A DNA stretch of 55,266 bases, filler included, from Sphacelaria rigidula (taxonomy: Eukaryota), in the NCBI GenBank assembly GCA_964200075.2. It is 6 parts of 6 records of this genome, joined end to end, with 100 filler letters (N's around TTAATTAATTAA, not from the genome) between each part and the next. Parts side by side here need not be neighbours in the genome. Positions count along the whole stretch, not along the records: positions 9,230 to 18,357 come from CAXNAA020009234.1; positions 18,458 to 27,585 come from CAXNAA020009235.1; 4 more parts are not named here. The stretch is one strand, 5' to 3'. Each line of letters opens with the position of its first letter. The stretch's first letter is position 1. Shown here one piece after another: positions 12,456 to 26,000 of this stretch. Made by a program: the position numbers and the translations under genes. The notes under the pieces are model-generated. The model did no database searches. It saw only the letters and a list, made by a program, of their open reading frames with translations, and was not told the origin of the DNA.

Positions 12456-15400
12456 TCATACCGCGGGACTCCATGCCAAAAGCGCCACGCCTCGCTGGCG
12501 CCAGACGACCGCTTGCACTTCCATTGGCACAGGCAAATTTACGGTAACGATCAACTCGCTACGCGCCCCGTGCAAGTACAGGGGGACCGACACCCCTGCA
12601 TCTGGATGGATATCCGATTTGTCGGAAGCAGCGGCCACATCGCCACCCTCGCCAACATCCCGTACAGTCCAACACAGCTGGCACAGCGCGAGCGCTGTGC
12701 GGTGATCTCTTGAGAACGTGAGGGCATTGTCGTCTTCGCTCCAGCCTGCTCCTTCCAGAACCAGCCCCGTGATGGGGAACGCTATGGATGCTGATGGAGG
12801 CCCTAATTCGTTACATTCGTGAACGGTAGGGGGATGAAGAAAATCGGTTATACGAAGAGCAAGTCATCTTCCACGGGGGAAGATAACCACTTCTGGAAGG
12901 GGTTCGCACTGTGGAGGAACAGTGTAAGAACCAGCTGAGGCTCCATCTGACGCCGCACTTGTGTAAACAGCGCTCGATCAAACCCGCCCAAAGCAGAAGC
13001 ATGCCATTATTCTCAAAGGTGAGATACTGATGGTACATTCACACAACACACAACACACAGGTTCAGAATCACGGGAACACAAGAAAAATTAATCGACTAG
13101 AAGCACGACACATGGGCAAGACACGAACAAGCACGGTACGGCACGGCACCTGTCTCCGTCCTCGAGCCCACAATGAGCGAGAGCCTGAGCTCCTCCAGCG
13201 AGCATGACAGCGCACTGGCCACGTGCTGGCGAGTGGCCGTCACGAATGCATCCGGATTGAATAACCCTCCCAACCAGTATGGCTCAGCATCTAAACCACT
13301 CTTGGCTCCTCCACTCGTCAGCCCTTGCAAGTGGCCCAGACGTTTCACGAGGTCGTTCAACCAACGCCCGGCCCCCATGTTGGCCATGACCAAGCCCTTG
13401 TTCCAGGTGTCGGGTACCACATCTTTCACCAGAGCGCCAACCAGCGATCGCAACTACAGATGGGAAAAAAAGCGGTGGGGTGCGAGCGCAAGCAAGCAAT
13501 GTCGAGTTCTGCAAGAGGGCTGGGGTGGGTGAGGATTAGGTAGTGCCAAGACAAAGAAATGTAACCGTTTGACTGAAAAAGTGATGTGTTGCTGGATTGG
13601 GGAGGGAGGGCATGAAGGCTGAACATCCACAAGGTGTTTCGCGCACAGTCCGGAGAAAACGCGATCTGTCTCCGAAACCGCCCGCAGAAAGGTAGGGGTG
13701 GATTTTTTTCGCCAAAACTCATCTGAGTGTGTTCACGTCAGGAAACAGTACAGTCACATTCTTCACAGTTCGCCATGTGCTGTTTGCCAGCGAGAGAGAG
13801 GGTCGCCTCACGTTCAGACATGACTTCGTCCGAATTGCACTATAAAAGTGCGAGTGCGCTAGAGTCTACACTAGTCAAACTTTGAATATGTTCACCACTC
13901 AATCGGGACTTTCTTACAGACCGTCTGTCACCTTCAGGCTTTGGAAAGAGCGACGGGCCGCGCTCAGGATATTATTTTCATGCTTGTGATGTCAGTACGA
14001 TACGGGATAAAACCTCGTCTGTCGAGGGGGAGTTATTGACCCCATATGGCCCAAAAATACGTTTTTTTCGCTGTAGCGCAATGAATATCGAGAAGATAGC
14101 AACCCTGGAGGCATATAATTATTATATCATGACGATTGTGATCGGGTCGGTCGAGCAAAAATATCAAACAGCGAGGAACAGGCGCCGTCGTACCCTCGTC
14201 GGACCCCTAACGGCCGGTGAGCTCTCATCTCGTTCCAAATTGATCGCACATCACAATTATTTTTCGGAACTTGTATCGCGTACTCATGCCTGTCGATTCT
14301 TAAAGTTTGAGGGTCAAACAGAAACGGTGACGAGTCGTGGTAACAGCAAAACCTGATGAAATCGCTTTCAATCGAAAACGCCAAGATTCAAGTTTGACTA
14401 GTACATGTTGAACACATATACGGCGGCCCAGATATTTCTAGTGCACCCTCACCGCAGTACGAGTCCGCATCGACAATTTATCTGGACGAATGAACGACAC
14501 GTCGGCGCTACAAAAAATCGCGGACAAGCTACAGCTACACCTTGCAATCACGGACGGCACCCATACGAATAAAAAATTGCCAAACCAACAAGAGTTGTGT
14601 GAAATAGAAAACACCCCGTAATGCTGGGCAGGTGATTCCCACCAGGTCACCGTTGGGGACACAATCCGCGTAGCGTCTTTCAAGCCACCGTTGGGGACAC
14701 AAAACAGCTGCACAACAAAAACCGAGCGTCAATTTATTTCGCTGCCATCATTGAGTGCATGAAGAAGCCATGTCGAGTGTCACCTCGTTGGTTGCCTTGG
14801 CTTCGCCACGACACAGCATCTCCACCGCGGTAAGATCGGAACGAATCTTGGACAACAACGCTGCCCCCATGGCCACCTCCCGGCACAGACAACGGTGCAA
14901 TGCGTCACCCTCGTCTTGTTGCTGACTGACACCGCTTCTTCCTCCTCCTCCCACAGACTCGGGCAACGCTGACAGCCAGCTGCGAGTGCACATCGGTAAA
15001 ATATGTACCGCGCATTCGGGACGAGTGTTTTGAACGTCATCTTCATCTTCGTACTTTTTCAAGCTCTCCACACTACACTACACTACACTACACTACACTA
15101 CACTACAGTGCCTTGTTCCTTGTTCCACCAGTGTTCCACTTGAAGCGATGTCTGCCTCTGTTACACTTCACAAGCAATCTCTGGCATCAAACTTGTAATT
15201 AAACAATGGCAAGGCCAAGTCATTCCTCCCGACGACACACACCAAACAACACCAATTGGGCAAAAGTAGAAGAGGTCTTCATCGACATTTTGGGCTCGGA
15301 TAACTGCGGATATACAAGGTGAGTCAAGTCTAGGCATCATCAGGCGCGAACTGACCGCTAATTATCCGCCATTATTCCGCCCTTGCCCTAACCGCCAGTC

Positions 15401-16981
15401 TCCAGCACTGCCATTGCCAAGCCATTTACGTATCATGCCAACAACAAGTACTCTATTATAGTGCGATGTACAGAGTATCATGCCTACCTCTGAGCCTTGA
15501 GGGCGAGGTTTCCAAGCCTTGCTTCCTGCCCTCCTGCTCCTGTTTCCTCCCCGCTTGCCATAGCCATGGATGACATTGCGGCGTCTTCTGCCCACTCGCC
15601 GTCGTCTTGGATCACCTGTATTCAACACATCCGAGAGAATTGGGGCGTTTGTGCATGAATCATCTCGCCACTCCTCTTTGATCAGCCCTGCTGATACTAC
15701 GTCGACAAGGGCATCGCGTCGTGAGGGTGTGCAACCGGTCCTGCATGTAGAAAAAGCTGGCTTCACTTGTAGCTGCCTTGCGTGCACGTAGAGAACAACG
15801 CACTTGGAGCCGAATGAAAAAGTACAACACAAAACTTCAGGCGAACGACATTACGTGGGGGTGCACTTCCGACATAAACATCAAAGATACGGCGGGAGAG
15901 AACCGTCATGGCACACATTGCATACATGCCCCTATACGCACGTGCCGAGCACATGTTACGTACCTACCGGCGCGCCCCGATTGTCGAATGATTCATCACA
16001 TCAACGCTAGATTGTACGATTTTCGTGAGTTTTAAGCCCAACATGCTGTGATTTTCTGGTTTCCATCGTCCAAACGAGTTACAGCGATAGTCGAAAACCT
16101 CCACGGCTGGACCCCTGGGAGGTCAGTTAAAGTGCGACAATCAATCAATCAATCAATCAATCTTCTTCAAAACAGTCCACGGGATGCGGTAGCCATCCAT
16201 TTGTCGATAACAGAGCCCGAATCATACGCCGGGGAAGAAAACGGTTGATCTCTTCACAACTGCGGACTCGTCTCGAGGAACTGGAGAGAGGCGAGGGAAG
16301 AAAGGAGGAGAGGGGGTGGGGGGGAATGGAGGATTGAACGTACGACAGGGAAAAAAGGTACCTGCCAACTGGACAGCAGCTGCTCTCCCCTAGATGCCAG
16401 AAGAGCCGCTTCCGCATTTGGCGCCAGACCGAGCCACGTGGGAGGGTTACTGGCGGGCAGGTTGGTGGCCCACTTCAAGAACGCTGCGGGACTGGTAGCA
16501 TCGGGTAGGGTCACGAGTGCAGACGCCTGCTCCGTACTGCTTTCGTGTACGCTGTAGGCAGAGGCGGATAAAGTAAACCGAAGCGGACAGAGGTGCACAC
16601 TTGGTATGTGATTTGCTGAAACATGGTACAAAAAAATATTAAACAGGCCTGCACGAGGAGGCATTTGGGGGTGACTTGACGACGATAAAAAGGAGACCTT
16701 AACATTGGAAGACGACGATAAAAAGGAGGTCTGACATTGGAGGACAACGAAAAAAAGGAGAAACAAGACATACTTCTCGTGCAACTACCAGCAACACAGA
16801 TGAAGAGTGCCTCTTATCATCACGCGGCCGAGCACCTGCACAGCGGGAAGTTGAGGTCGAAGGATCTCGGCTGGAAGAGTGAGCAGACGAAGCTCTCCAG
16901 CAGCTGCTGATCGAACGGGCTGTCTACCCTACCTCCGTACACGCTCTGGCCGAGCAGAGCACGCAGTGCCTCCCATGGTAC
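12456..16981 (-). CDS. DYNC1H1: Cytoplasmic dynein-1 heavy chain, 3' part (last 6 exons: AAA6 lid and C-terminal domain); 5' part lies beyond the contig end
   Basis: Exons on minus: 16981-16836, 16551-16362, 15615-15488, 14979-14784, 13453-13150, 12802-12456 (TGA). All are AG/GT bounded and phase-compatible. The translation contains VPWEALRALLGQSVYGGRVDSPFDQQLLESF, PPTWLGLAPNAE, WLGGLFNPDAFVTATRQHVASALSCSLEEL and VPLYLHGARSELIVTVNL...QRGVALLAW*, which match, from recalled family motifs, the cytoplasmic dynein-1 heavy chain C-terminus. Confidence 0.93.
15069..15106 (+). repeat. (CACTA)n microsatellite in a dynein intron
   Basis: About 7 pentamer copies. Confidence 0.9.
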
Positions 16982-18063
16982 CTGTTACATCACCCCGCAC
17001 GTCCCAAAAAAACAACAACAGAAAGGCAACAAAGTAAAACACAAGATACATTATGCCGACACTAGGTGCAGTAAGTACACACGTGAAACGTAGGGGCCCG
17101 TTTGCCATCCACCCTTCCCATATATATATACGCTATGCCCAGCGACCCGCGCTGTGCTTCTCATCCCTGTCATGCCACCTGTAGTAGTTTTCAGTTAAAT
17201 GAGGGACTTTTGTAATTTTTTCGTAGTGGGCGATTTTCAATAGTTTTTCGCGTGCCACCACTCATCACAGTGAACGCTTCATCCCGAAATGTGGAGATCG
17301 GGAGATAATATGATTGGCATGATTGGCATGATACCTGTGCTCCACATTCCGAAACAAAAATCATTCCTGCGCTCAAAGTTGAGCGACTTACGGGCTGAAT
17401 TAACATGAGTCTTATTGACCGTTTCTTGTCCAGAACAAAATTATTCTCGGCTCTTGTGCAATGAATAGGTGAAGATAAAAAAGCATACCTGCGGAGAGAG
17501 AGCCTCATTCATCAGGAGGATGTTATCCAACGTCACTGGTCCAAAATATACACTTTTTCGGGTCTAGCGCAATGAATAGGTAAACGTGGGAATTAATAAA
17601 CCATTTGTTCACGAGAGCGTTCGGGTTTGCTTCAATCGAGCAAAAACATCCAAGGTTTAGGACCTGGGGCTGGGTAGTCACAGGACCTTTGAAATCCGGT
17701 AATCCCGAAAGCCGATCAATAGTGCGTGCAGACATGATTTTGTTTCGAAATGTGGAGCGGATTCCTAGTATCTCCCGATCCCCAAACTTTGAGATCAAAG
17801 CTTCACTGGGATGAGCGGTGGCACGCGAAAACATGATCGAAAATCGCCGACTACGAGAAACAACAAGAACCCCCTATTTAGGCTGAAAAATAGCCAAGAC
17901 AAAACCTCTCAAGAAGAACAAAACCGACCGCAACTGAGCATAACCAACATACATCGTTGCAAGCGTATGATGGCAAGGGCGGCGGCGAACAGAGTCATAA
18001 TTGCGCGTATTTGGGAGCAATCAAAGATCACAGCACCAAGGAGTACGCGGGGGCTCGAGTGTG

Positions 18064-18198
18064 ACAACAGTGGGTGCCTCTCTATTCCATACGAGTACTA
18101 TAGTAAGCGGGGTGTACTCATGATCTTGCATGCCATACTCACGACTACACCCCGCTTACTATAGTACTTGTATGGAATAGAGCGGCACCCATTATTGT
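18064..18198. repeat. Hairpin of about 135 bp upstream of the first visible dynein exon (presumed intron)
   Basis: acaacagtgggtgcctctctattccatacgagtactatagtaagcggggtgta pairs with tacaccccgcttactatagtacttgtatggaatagagcggcacccattattgt. Confidence 0.85.
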
Positions 18199-18357
18199 AA
18201 TGGGGGCGGGGGCGGCGTACCCATTTGTTTCCTGCCTTGATCATTTGACCATTGACCACGCATGCCTTTCGAGAGGGGTAGGAGGGAGGGAGGGAAGGAG
18301 GGAGGGAAGGAGGGAGGGAGGCGGGGGGGGGGGGGGGGGGGGGGGGGAAAACAGTAC

Positions 18358-18457
18358 NNNNNNNNNNNNNNNNNNNNNNNNNNNNNNNNNNNNNNNNNNN
18401 NTTAATTAATTAANNNNNNNNNNNNNNNNNNNNNNNNNNNNNNNNNNNNNNNNNNNN
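18358..18457. other. Artificial 100-bp contig linker
   Basis: Identical structure to 9130-9229. Confidence 0.97.
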
Positions 18458-18525
18458 GAATCGAACCCCCCAACTCAACCATCAGATGGTTACGAGGTTA
18501 CCAACTGAGGCACCGGGGCGACCGG
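18458..18525 (-). mobile_element. tRNA-derived SINE head, cut by the contig start
   Basis: Minus strand reads ccggtcgccccggtgcctcagttggtaacctcgtaaccatctgatggttgagttggggGGTTCGATTC, with a canonical B box. Confidence 0.7.
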
Positions 18526-18565
18526 CTCGAGAATAGTTCCTATAAAAATGCCCAAAATCCACATA

Positions 18566-19146
18566 CTTCCTCTGTCTCATAAGTCTGTGCCGTCATGTTT
18601 GTGTGAGCCCTTAACGATTTCCGATTTTTTGGTTGCCTCCGTTGGCGTTTTTTTAGCGAAAAACAATACTCCTTCTGCAACGTGGGTGCTTGACCCGTGC
18701 AGCCTCGGGACCGAGAAAAATTGGGTCGGTCAAAATATGGTCATTTTTCGCTTTTTTTCCCAGTGACGCAGAACAGACCCGGGAATCGCGAAGATCGTTA
18801 AAAAAATGTGGAAACCGCAAAACCACCACTGATTTGGATATCTCCGTGACGGTAACCTAGGCACGCCCCATCCAACAATTTTTCAGCATGTGATCGCTAG
18901 TACTCGACGTAAAAACGTCCAACATCGGTCAACATTGATGTGTAAGTGGACCAAAGAGGGGAAGAATGGGGTACATTTTGACCTGATTTCAGTATTGAAA
19001 ACAAGTTTTTTCTTCTCTTCCCTTCTTGAGTCAGCTTCGTCTGCGCGTAATCTCTCTAGCGAACCCAACTGTAGGATGATCGTCAGCGTTGAAATACCCA
19101 AACGATCAAACGAACATAACGGCACAGACTTATGAGACAGAGGAAG
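18566..19146. mobile_element. Stowaway/Tc1-mariner-like MITE
   Basis: TA|CTTCCTCTGTCTCATAAGTCTGTGCCGT ... ACGGCACAGACTTATGAGACAGAGGAAG|TA, giving 28-bp perfect TIRs and a TA duplication. Confidence 0.8.
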
Positions 19147-19492
19147 TATTTGTAAAACAAGGCGTTTTGTGTACCGAGAAAAAGAGCCGTGCTGGACCCC
19201 AAATGTGGCATAGTCCATCTCAGTCCACCTGAAGGGGGGTCGCAGTCTCAGCGTTAACTCATGAGTCGTCCCTGGTGTGAAACATTTCGAGAGTTTGATG
19301 GAACAAGGTTTGGAGAACGGATATCGCCGTGAAAAATTGACGGGGAGAGTTACCACCCGAACTTCCTCCAGACATTTACTCTGGACTATAGGTTGGGTAT
19401 CCTACACCAATCGGCATCCATGCGCCATCAGCCACCACTAATTTTTCTACTCTCAAAAAGACCTTTGATACAATTTCACACCCTGAATAATA

Positions 19493-19730
19493 TATGGCCA
19501 AGAGATGCAAGATACAAAATATGTACCGGGTAAAGTATGGGATGATTGCAACTATTGACGACCGGCAACACTACAACTATTAACGGCCGACAATAGTTGC
19601 AATAGGCCGATACTTTACCCACTGCATTTCCGTATATTGCATTTATTGACCATATGTTTTGTCATCAATAATTGCAATAGGCCCATACTTTACCCAGTAA
19701 TTTGTTCGTCGATTGCATCAATCGACCATA
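19493..19730. mobile_element. Small MITE-like palindromic repeat
   Basis: tatggcca...gggtaaagtatggg..attgcaactattg versus caatagttgcaatagg..atactttaccc..gaccata; the right arm is duplicated. Confidence 0.5.
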
Positions 19731-19732
19731 AA

Positions 19733-22700
19733 TAGTAGTCAGCTTCAGAAGTTTTCAGAATTCGTAGTTGTTCTGTTTTTCAAGCTTTTCTGGAGTACTA
19801 CTCTTCACGACCACTTGAAAGTGCCAGCGCCGGTAGATTTAGGCAGAAAGCGTACGCCGCGCTCAAACTGCAGTGCTCAAGTTGGTATTTTTGGGGCGAT
19901 ACGGACTTGACACCCCGTTTATCAGCAGGGTGTTACTGACCGTTTTTGGCCCAATATAAGCAGTTTTCCCGCTCTTCAGCGACAAAACGGTAAATACTCA
20001 GATGAAGGAATACATATAAAATTCTTTACAGAAACGATCGAAATCGTGTTTCCCTCCTACACTGCACAGACCTCAGTCTAGCATTTTCTGCGGATGACCA
20101 ATTTTCGGCTTTTTTTCGCATAACATTTTCCATGGGCACTCGAAAGTGCTAGCGTCGACAGTTTTGGCAAAATGAGCAAGCCGTGCTCAAGTCACGATCG
20201 CCCAAGTTGGTGTCGTGGGGGCGATACCGGGTAAAACACCCCGTTCATCAGGGGGGTGCTATTGACCGTAAATGGCCCACGCAACATAGTTTTCCTGCTT
20301 TAGCGCAGTGACTAGGTGGAATTAAAAAAAAAAACATTTTTGAGTCTTCACTTGTAGAATCCAGATCGAGTCGGCCGACCGAAAATACGGAAAAGCTAGA
20401 GCCTGGGGTCGTATTTTCGCAGGACCCCCGGAGATCGGTCAAGCCCGCAAGTCACTCATTATTGATCGCAGATCATTTTTCTTCCAATATTTGTCAAGAG
20501 GTATAAGATGTCTCCGGATGCCCATTCTTTGGCATCCAACAGTCACTGTGATGGGTGCTGGCAAGCAAAATAAAATTGGATAATCTTTGAGAAACTAAGA
20601 AATTACGGATTCTGCATACTTCTGACGCTGACTACTGCATTTTGTCTAGGGTGTGAAAATTTTCAAGATTGTCTTCTGTGAGGTATGTGACACTTCTGCA
20701 AAAACCCGAATTTGAGTCGGTATAGGTGACAACGGGTCCAAGAGATATAACTAATGTGCAAAAAACGACTCCACAGAACACGACGATGGAAACATTAGAG
20801 AGTTTGGGAAAACAAAAAAAGGCCAGAAAAACTGAGGGATAATCATCGTTTAATTGCGTTTTAGTGAGAAGACGCAAATTATCCCTGAGTTTTTGGCTCA
20901 AAAGTTTGATTTCCGAGACTCTCTATCGTGTGTTTTCCAGTAGAGTCTACCGGCGTTGGGGTTAGGGTTAGGGATAGCGATACAGTACGTGTAAGATTGT
21001 GTCAACCATGAGTATTCGTAGCCCAACGCCGGTAAACCACTGTAGCCCCCTATTTTCAATTAGGTGCAGCATGCAATGTTGTACGCACCACACGCTTTGT
21101 CAGAGTAGTGTGTTGTCCAGGGTGTTGGACATTGGCCCTGAATCGCCAAAATAGGTTGTTTCAGGGAGTTTTATTTTTGTCGGAGCGTAAGATGGGGACT
21201 GTTCTTTCTGGTTCCTTCAGAATATGACGCCCTCCATCGACCCAACTTGCCGTGTCGGAATGGAAAACCAACCTCGATTTCATTTTTTGTATTCCGCCTT
21301 CTTATTTTTCTTCTCTTGACGCCTCCTCGACCTGGAAGCAGTTCGTTTGTGTCAACGTATCTAAGTCCACCAGTTCATGCATCGGATTTTGTGTACGATT
21401 GCTCGTGATTGCCAAGGCGGGTCATGAGGATGCAGAGGTATTGGCTGCCAGAATTGTCTGGATCTTGCGGGAATTTTTCAAACGAAGATCATGACCGAGT
21501 CAACAGGCGATCCACCCTGACGGTCCACGGCTCGTCACTCTTCGCGACCGGCAATGTGGGTGACCTGGGTCAGGCAATCGTTCTCCAAGTGACAATGGTG
21601 CCTATCCTACAGATCGACCCACCCCGAAGGAATAAGAGTTACGCATCATTTTTCAAGTGGCGATTGAGGTATCTCAAACTCGAGGTTTCAGGTATAATCA
21701 ACAGTAGATTTGCTGTTCATATCAAATCCAACCTGGAAAAATGCTTTTTCGGAGCTTCCACGTCGTTTTACTACGCCTTGCAAGATAGGCAGAGCTTGAC
21801 GCCTTGGGATGACTTGCTCTACACGTTGAGTTGGTTCCAGGACATCTACCCGTTCTCCGGTGGCCGCAGACTTTATTTTGGTTAACGCTTAGACCGCGAG
21901 GTTAGTCTTGTGTTGAATCGGCATCAATTTCAAGTGACAAAAAGGATGCATGAGCCAGAAAGACTAATCTCGCGGTGTAAGGATCAAGTAAGAATTTTCG
22001 TCCTGGTCTCGTCAAATGTAAAAAAATCGCCGTTATTCTCTGGATGGGCAAAAAAAATTGTTTGGCCCACGTAGAAACTGCAGCCACCGGGAAAAGGCAA
22101 GATGTCCTGGAAATGCCTCAACTACAGCAGTCAGCGTCACAAGTATGCAGAATCTGTAACTTTTTAGTTTCTCTCAGCTTGTCCAAATTTGTTTTGCTTG
22201 CCACCACTCATCAGGGTGACTGCTGGATGCCAAAAAATGGGCATCCGGAGATATTTATATCTTCTTGACAAATATTGGAAAAAAATGTATCTGCGATCAA
22301 TATTGAGTGACTTACGGGCTTGACCGATCTTCGGGGGTCCTGCGAAAATACGACCCTAGGCTCTAGCTATTCGGTGTTTTCGGTGGACCGACTCGATCCG
22401 GATTCTATAAGTGAAGACTCCAAAAATTTATTTATTTTTAATTCCACCTAGTCACTGCGTTAAAGCAGAAAAACCATGTTTCGTGGACCATTTTCGGTCA
22501 ATAACACCCTCGTGGTAAACGAGGTCTTCATCCGGTATCGCCCCCGCAACAACAACTTGGGCGACTGTGATTTGAGCACGGTTTGCTTATTTTGCCAAAA
22601 CTATCGACGCTAGCACTTTCGAGTGATCATGGAAAATGTTATGCGGAAAAACTCCGAAAATAGGCCAACCGTAGAAAATGCTAGACTGAGGTCTGTGCAG

Positions 22701-23028
22701 TATAGAAGGGAAACACGATCTCGATCGTTTTTGTGAAGAATTTTAAACGTATTAATGTATCTGAATATTTACCGTTTTGTCGCTGAAGAGCGGGAAAACT
22801 GCTTATATTGGACCAAAAACGGTCAATAACACTTCCTGATAAACGGGGTATCAAGTCCGTATCGCCCGAGAAACACCAACGTGAGCACTGCAGTTTGAGC
22901 GCGGCCTACGCTCTCTCCCTAACTTTACCAGCGCTAGTACTTTCAAGTAGTAGGGAAGAACGGTACTCCAGAAAAACTCAGAAAAAAGGACAACTACGAA
23001 TTATGAAAACTTCTGACACTGACCACTC
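19733..23028. mobile_element. Non-autonomous DNA transposon / foldback element with about 900-bp terminal inverted repeats
   Basis: 19733 to about 20636 is the diverged reverse complement of about 22123-23028 (tagtagtcagcttcagaagttttcagaattcgtagttg versus caactacgaattatgaaaacttctgacactgaccactc). The 1.5-kb spacer has no transposase ORF. The same terminus appears at 9068-9129. Confidence 0.85.
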
Positions 23029-26000
23029 TAGTACAGCAAGTCATTCCAGGGCGTCAAACTCGGCCCTCTTTTAGAGTCTAAAACGGCGTAAAAGCTCCAA
23101 AAAGGCACTTTTCCAGATTTTTATTTCCGTCTGTTATAAGGAGCGGCCTAATGGTAGCCGTCAAAAATCCCCGTGAGAACTGCCTTTTGGACTCTTCTCC
23201 GGCGTTCTACACCCGAAAACAGGGCTAATATAGGCAGATGTTGACACCTTGGGATGACTTACGCTCCTCGTTGAGACCATTCCAGGGCATTCGCGCCAGC
23301 ATTTAGATCACTTCGACCGTTTGTTTTTGAAAATGCAAGTTCAGCCAAAAATAAAACTGCGGTCGGCGGGAAACGCACAGTTGCCTTGGAACGGATTCAA
23401 CGAGTAGAGCAAGTCATTCTACGGCGTCAATATCCGCCTAGCTCTCTTCTCAGGCGTAAGCCGACGGAGAAGGACCCGAACGGCAGTTTTCAACAGGATT
23501 TCCGAACGGGTCCAATTAGAAACAGTTCGAACAGTAGATCTAGTGCCAACCCTTGGAGCGCGAGGGTAGGTCACCTGCTGAATCGGCATCAACTTTCCTT
23601 GGAAAAAGTATGTGTGAGCCACATGGACTGAGGTTATACCGAGAACCCTCAGGCAAGGGGCGTGCAAAGTACTCCTGAGACAACGTGTGCGTTGCGAGAC
23701 CTCGAATCGGTGCCCCAGGCGATGATCTCGACAAAAATCGCGTTTTGCGCACGCAAGGAGCACGCTATAATATAATGGGAGCACAGCATCCCCATTGGAG
23801 ATCCGGATAGACACAACACTCAAATCAGATACAGTACCTATCCAGTGCTCAACTCTACTGGGTGGACTACTGTACCCGCATCGCGGCATAAGAGATAATT
23901 ATACCTGCAACTGCCAGTTCAAGATATCTCTAATGAAACCAATTCGAACACGTGTCCCACCGCTGTTTAGGGCGGCCATACCGCTTGAAAGATGACCCAA
24001 CCCAACGGTTAGAGCGCTTACACTTCGATTCTTCGTGAAAATGATGCCGATTGGACACATGACGGAGGAAGGCAGGATTTCGCGCGTTCGTCATCATACT
24101 GACCCGGTTGATGCACTCAGGGTTTGACTCAAATCTTCATCTCAACGCTTCACCTAACTCAAGGCATACTGGAGGCCGTCAGGTCTGAAAGACGTACGCG
24201 GTGTGCCAGGCCAAAGAGACGGTTGCCATACCGATAGTCTAAATTGGTGCCGTACGGGCCGATTTGCTGGAACGATCGGAGCCCTTGCGACAGTCAATTA
24301 GCTCTCCAAAGATCTGAATCTGATGATCACGCTCGGATCATCCACGGACTGAAATCAGGCGGCATGTTCAATTCTACAGTGATGGTATGACGAGGGACTC
24401 GCGAAGACTCTACAACAGTGCTGTACTAGTTGGCGGCAACAAGGGCGTCACGGCACACCCCACGAGGCAGTTTACGATATCATCGCCCGAAAAATTCCAA
24501 AAAGTTTCATGTTCTGACGTGTGGAGAAAAAAGCCCGAAAAATCCAATTACCGTACGAGTAATTTTGTCGGCAGAATTGTCGGCATTTTTTCCTCTGAAC
24601 AATCTGTTTCGTATTCACTGGTCAGAAGAAGATAATTCCAAGAACACATCGGAGGGTGAGGAAGCGTGCTCGCATGCACAAGAGGTGCTGTGCCATGGTC
24701 TGCCGCGAATAAAGAGAGGCAACACAAGCTCACCTGTGGGGATTATGAGAAGATACACGCGAAGCATGTCAAACATAGATATGCCACGTTTGTCGCCCAC
24801 TGCTGCAAAGCAACTGTATCTACTCGCTCCGCAAGGGGAATGGGGTGCACGGTGGGACTTTGCACATACTGTACACATGCCACACGAATCGTCACATTCG
24901 ATAATAAGTTCCGAGAGTGCATAGCAGAATGGGCTGGGCTGGGCTGTAGAGTCTGGATACACAACAATACAGCACACCTACAGATAGTATTGCTGATTAG
25001 GCTCAGCATTGCTTCAACCCTTCGACAGCGAGAGTATGCCATGTGTTGAATCGCCATCACTTCCACTTGCAACAAGTATGCATAGTCTAAATGGACTACG
25101 TTTGCGGTCTAAGGGTTTATGGAGTTCACGGGAGCTGGTCGTCATATCATCGCGGTTAACACAAGTTGATTTCAGTCTTGTCGAGGGACGATCAGATCAA
25201 GATCTTTGGAGGGCTGACAGTCCCGAGCGCTCTTCTCGTTGTAAGCAGCACGCGGCTTTGTTTAAATCGGCGCCCGAATCTCTACCAACGCATGCTCTGA
25301 CGACCACACCGCACGCATATCCCTTGCCTCTAGGGTTTTAGGTATGACTTAGATTGAGGTTGGGGTTACGAGCCAGCCAGTACAGTCAGTACACCAGAGT
25401 ATGAAAGCGGCATCCATACGACTGTACTATTTTACACTGTCGTACGAGATGAGCAGCAATTGTTCTTCCAGAATACGTCCATCCTCCAGGCAACGAGGAC
25501 TCAGTAGTCGGTGTGTACAGCAGCCAGGGCTCCTTTGCCGATAAGTGAGGGGCTTCGACCAACAACGGTGGGGTACTGTTGTGTGCATGTACAGCCGTAT
25601 GCACTGTTGCACAGCACTGTGCTGTTGCGCCCTGACTGAACTGACTGCACGGATCGTACGTGCGGTGTGATCTGCTATGTTGTATATCAGCACTGTCTGT
25701 ACTGGTCGGTATTGCATCCCAGTTGCTAAAGCCGATATTCGGACGCCCCGCCCGAGTGGCTAGGTGAGCTGTCGTGGACGTTTACCCCAGGTGCAAGGAT
25801 ATGATTTTCCTCGGCGAAAGCGCAAGGCACACAGCTTCTTCATTCGGGATATCCTTCTTTACCCGCAAAGAGATCACACACGTATCTCGCGGTGGGCTGA
25901 ACAACTTCGGGTCGTCAGTACTCCAGAGTTTTGTACAAGAGCCACTTCATCAAAGCTCTCGACGGAGGGACCCCTTTGTGTTCCGCTCATAGAATAGGTG

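Noticed and set aside
20958..20973. Telomere-like (TTAGGG)n
   Set aside because: Only 2-3 units, inside a transposon spacer.
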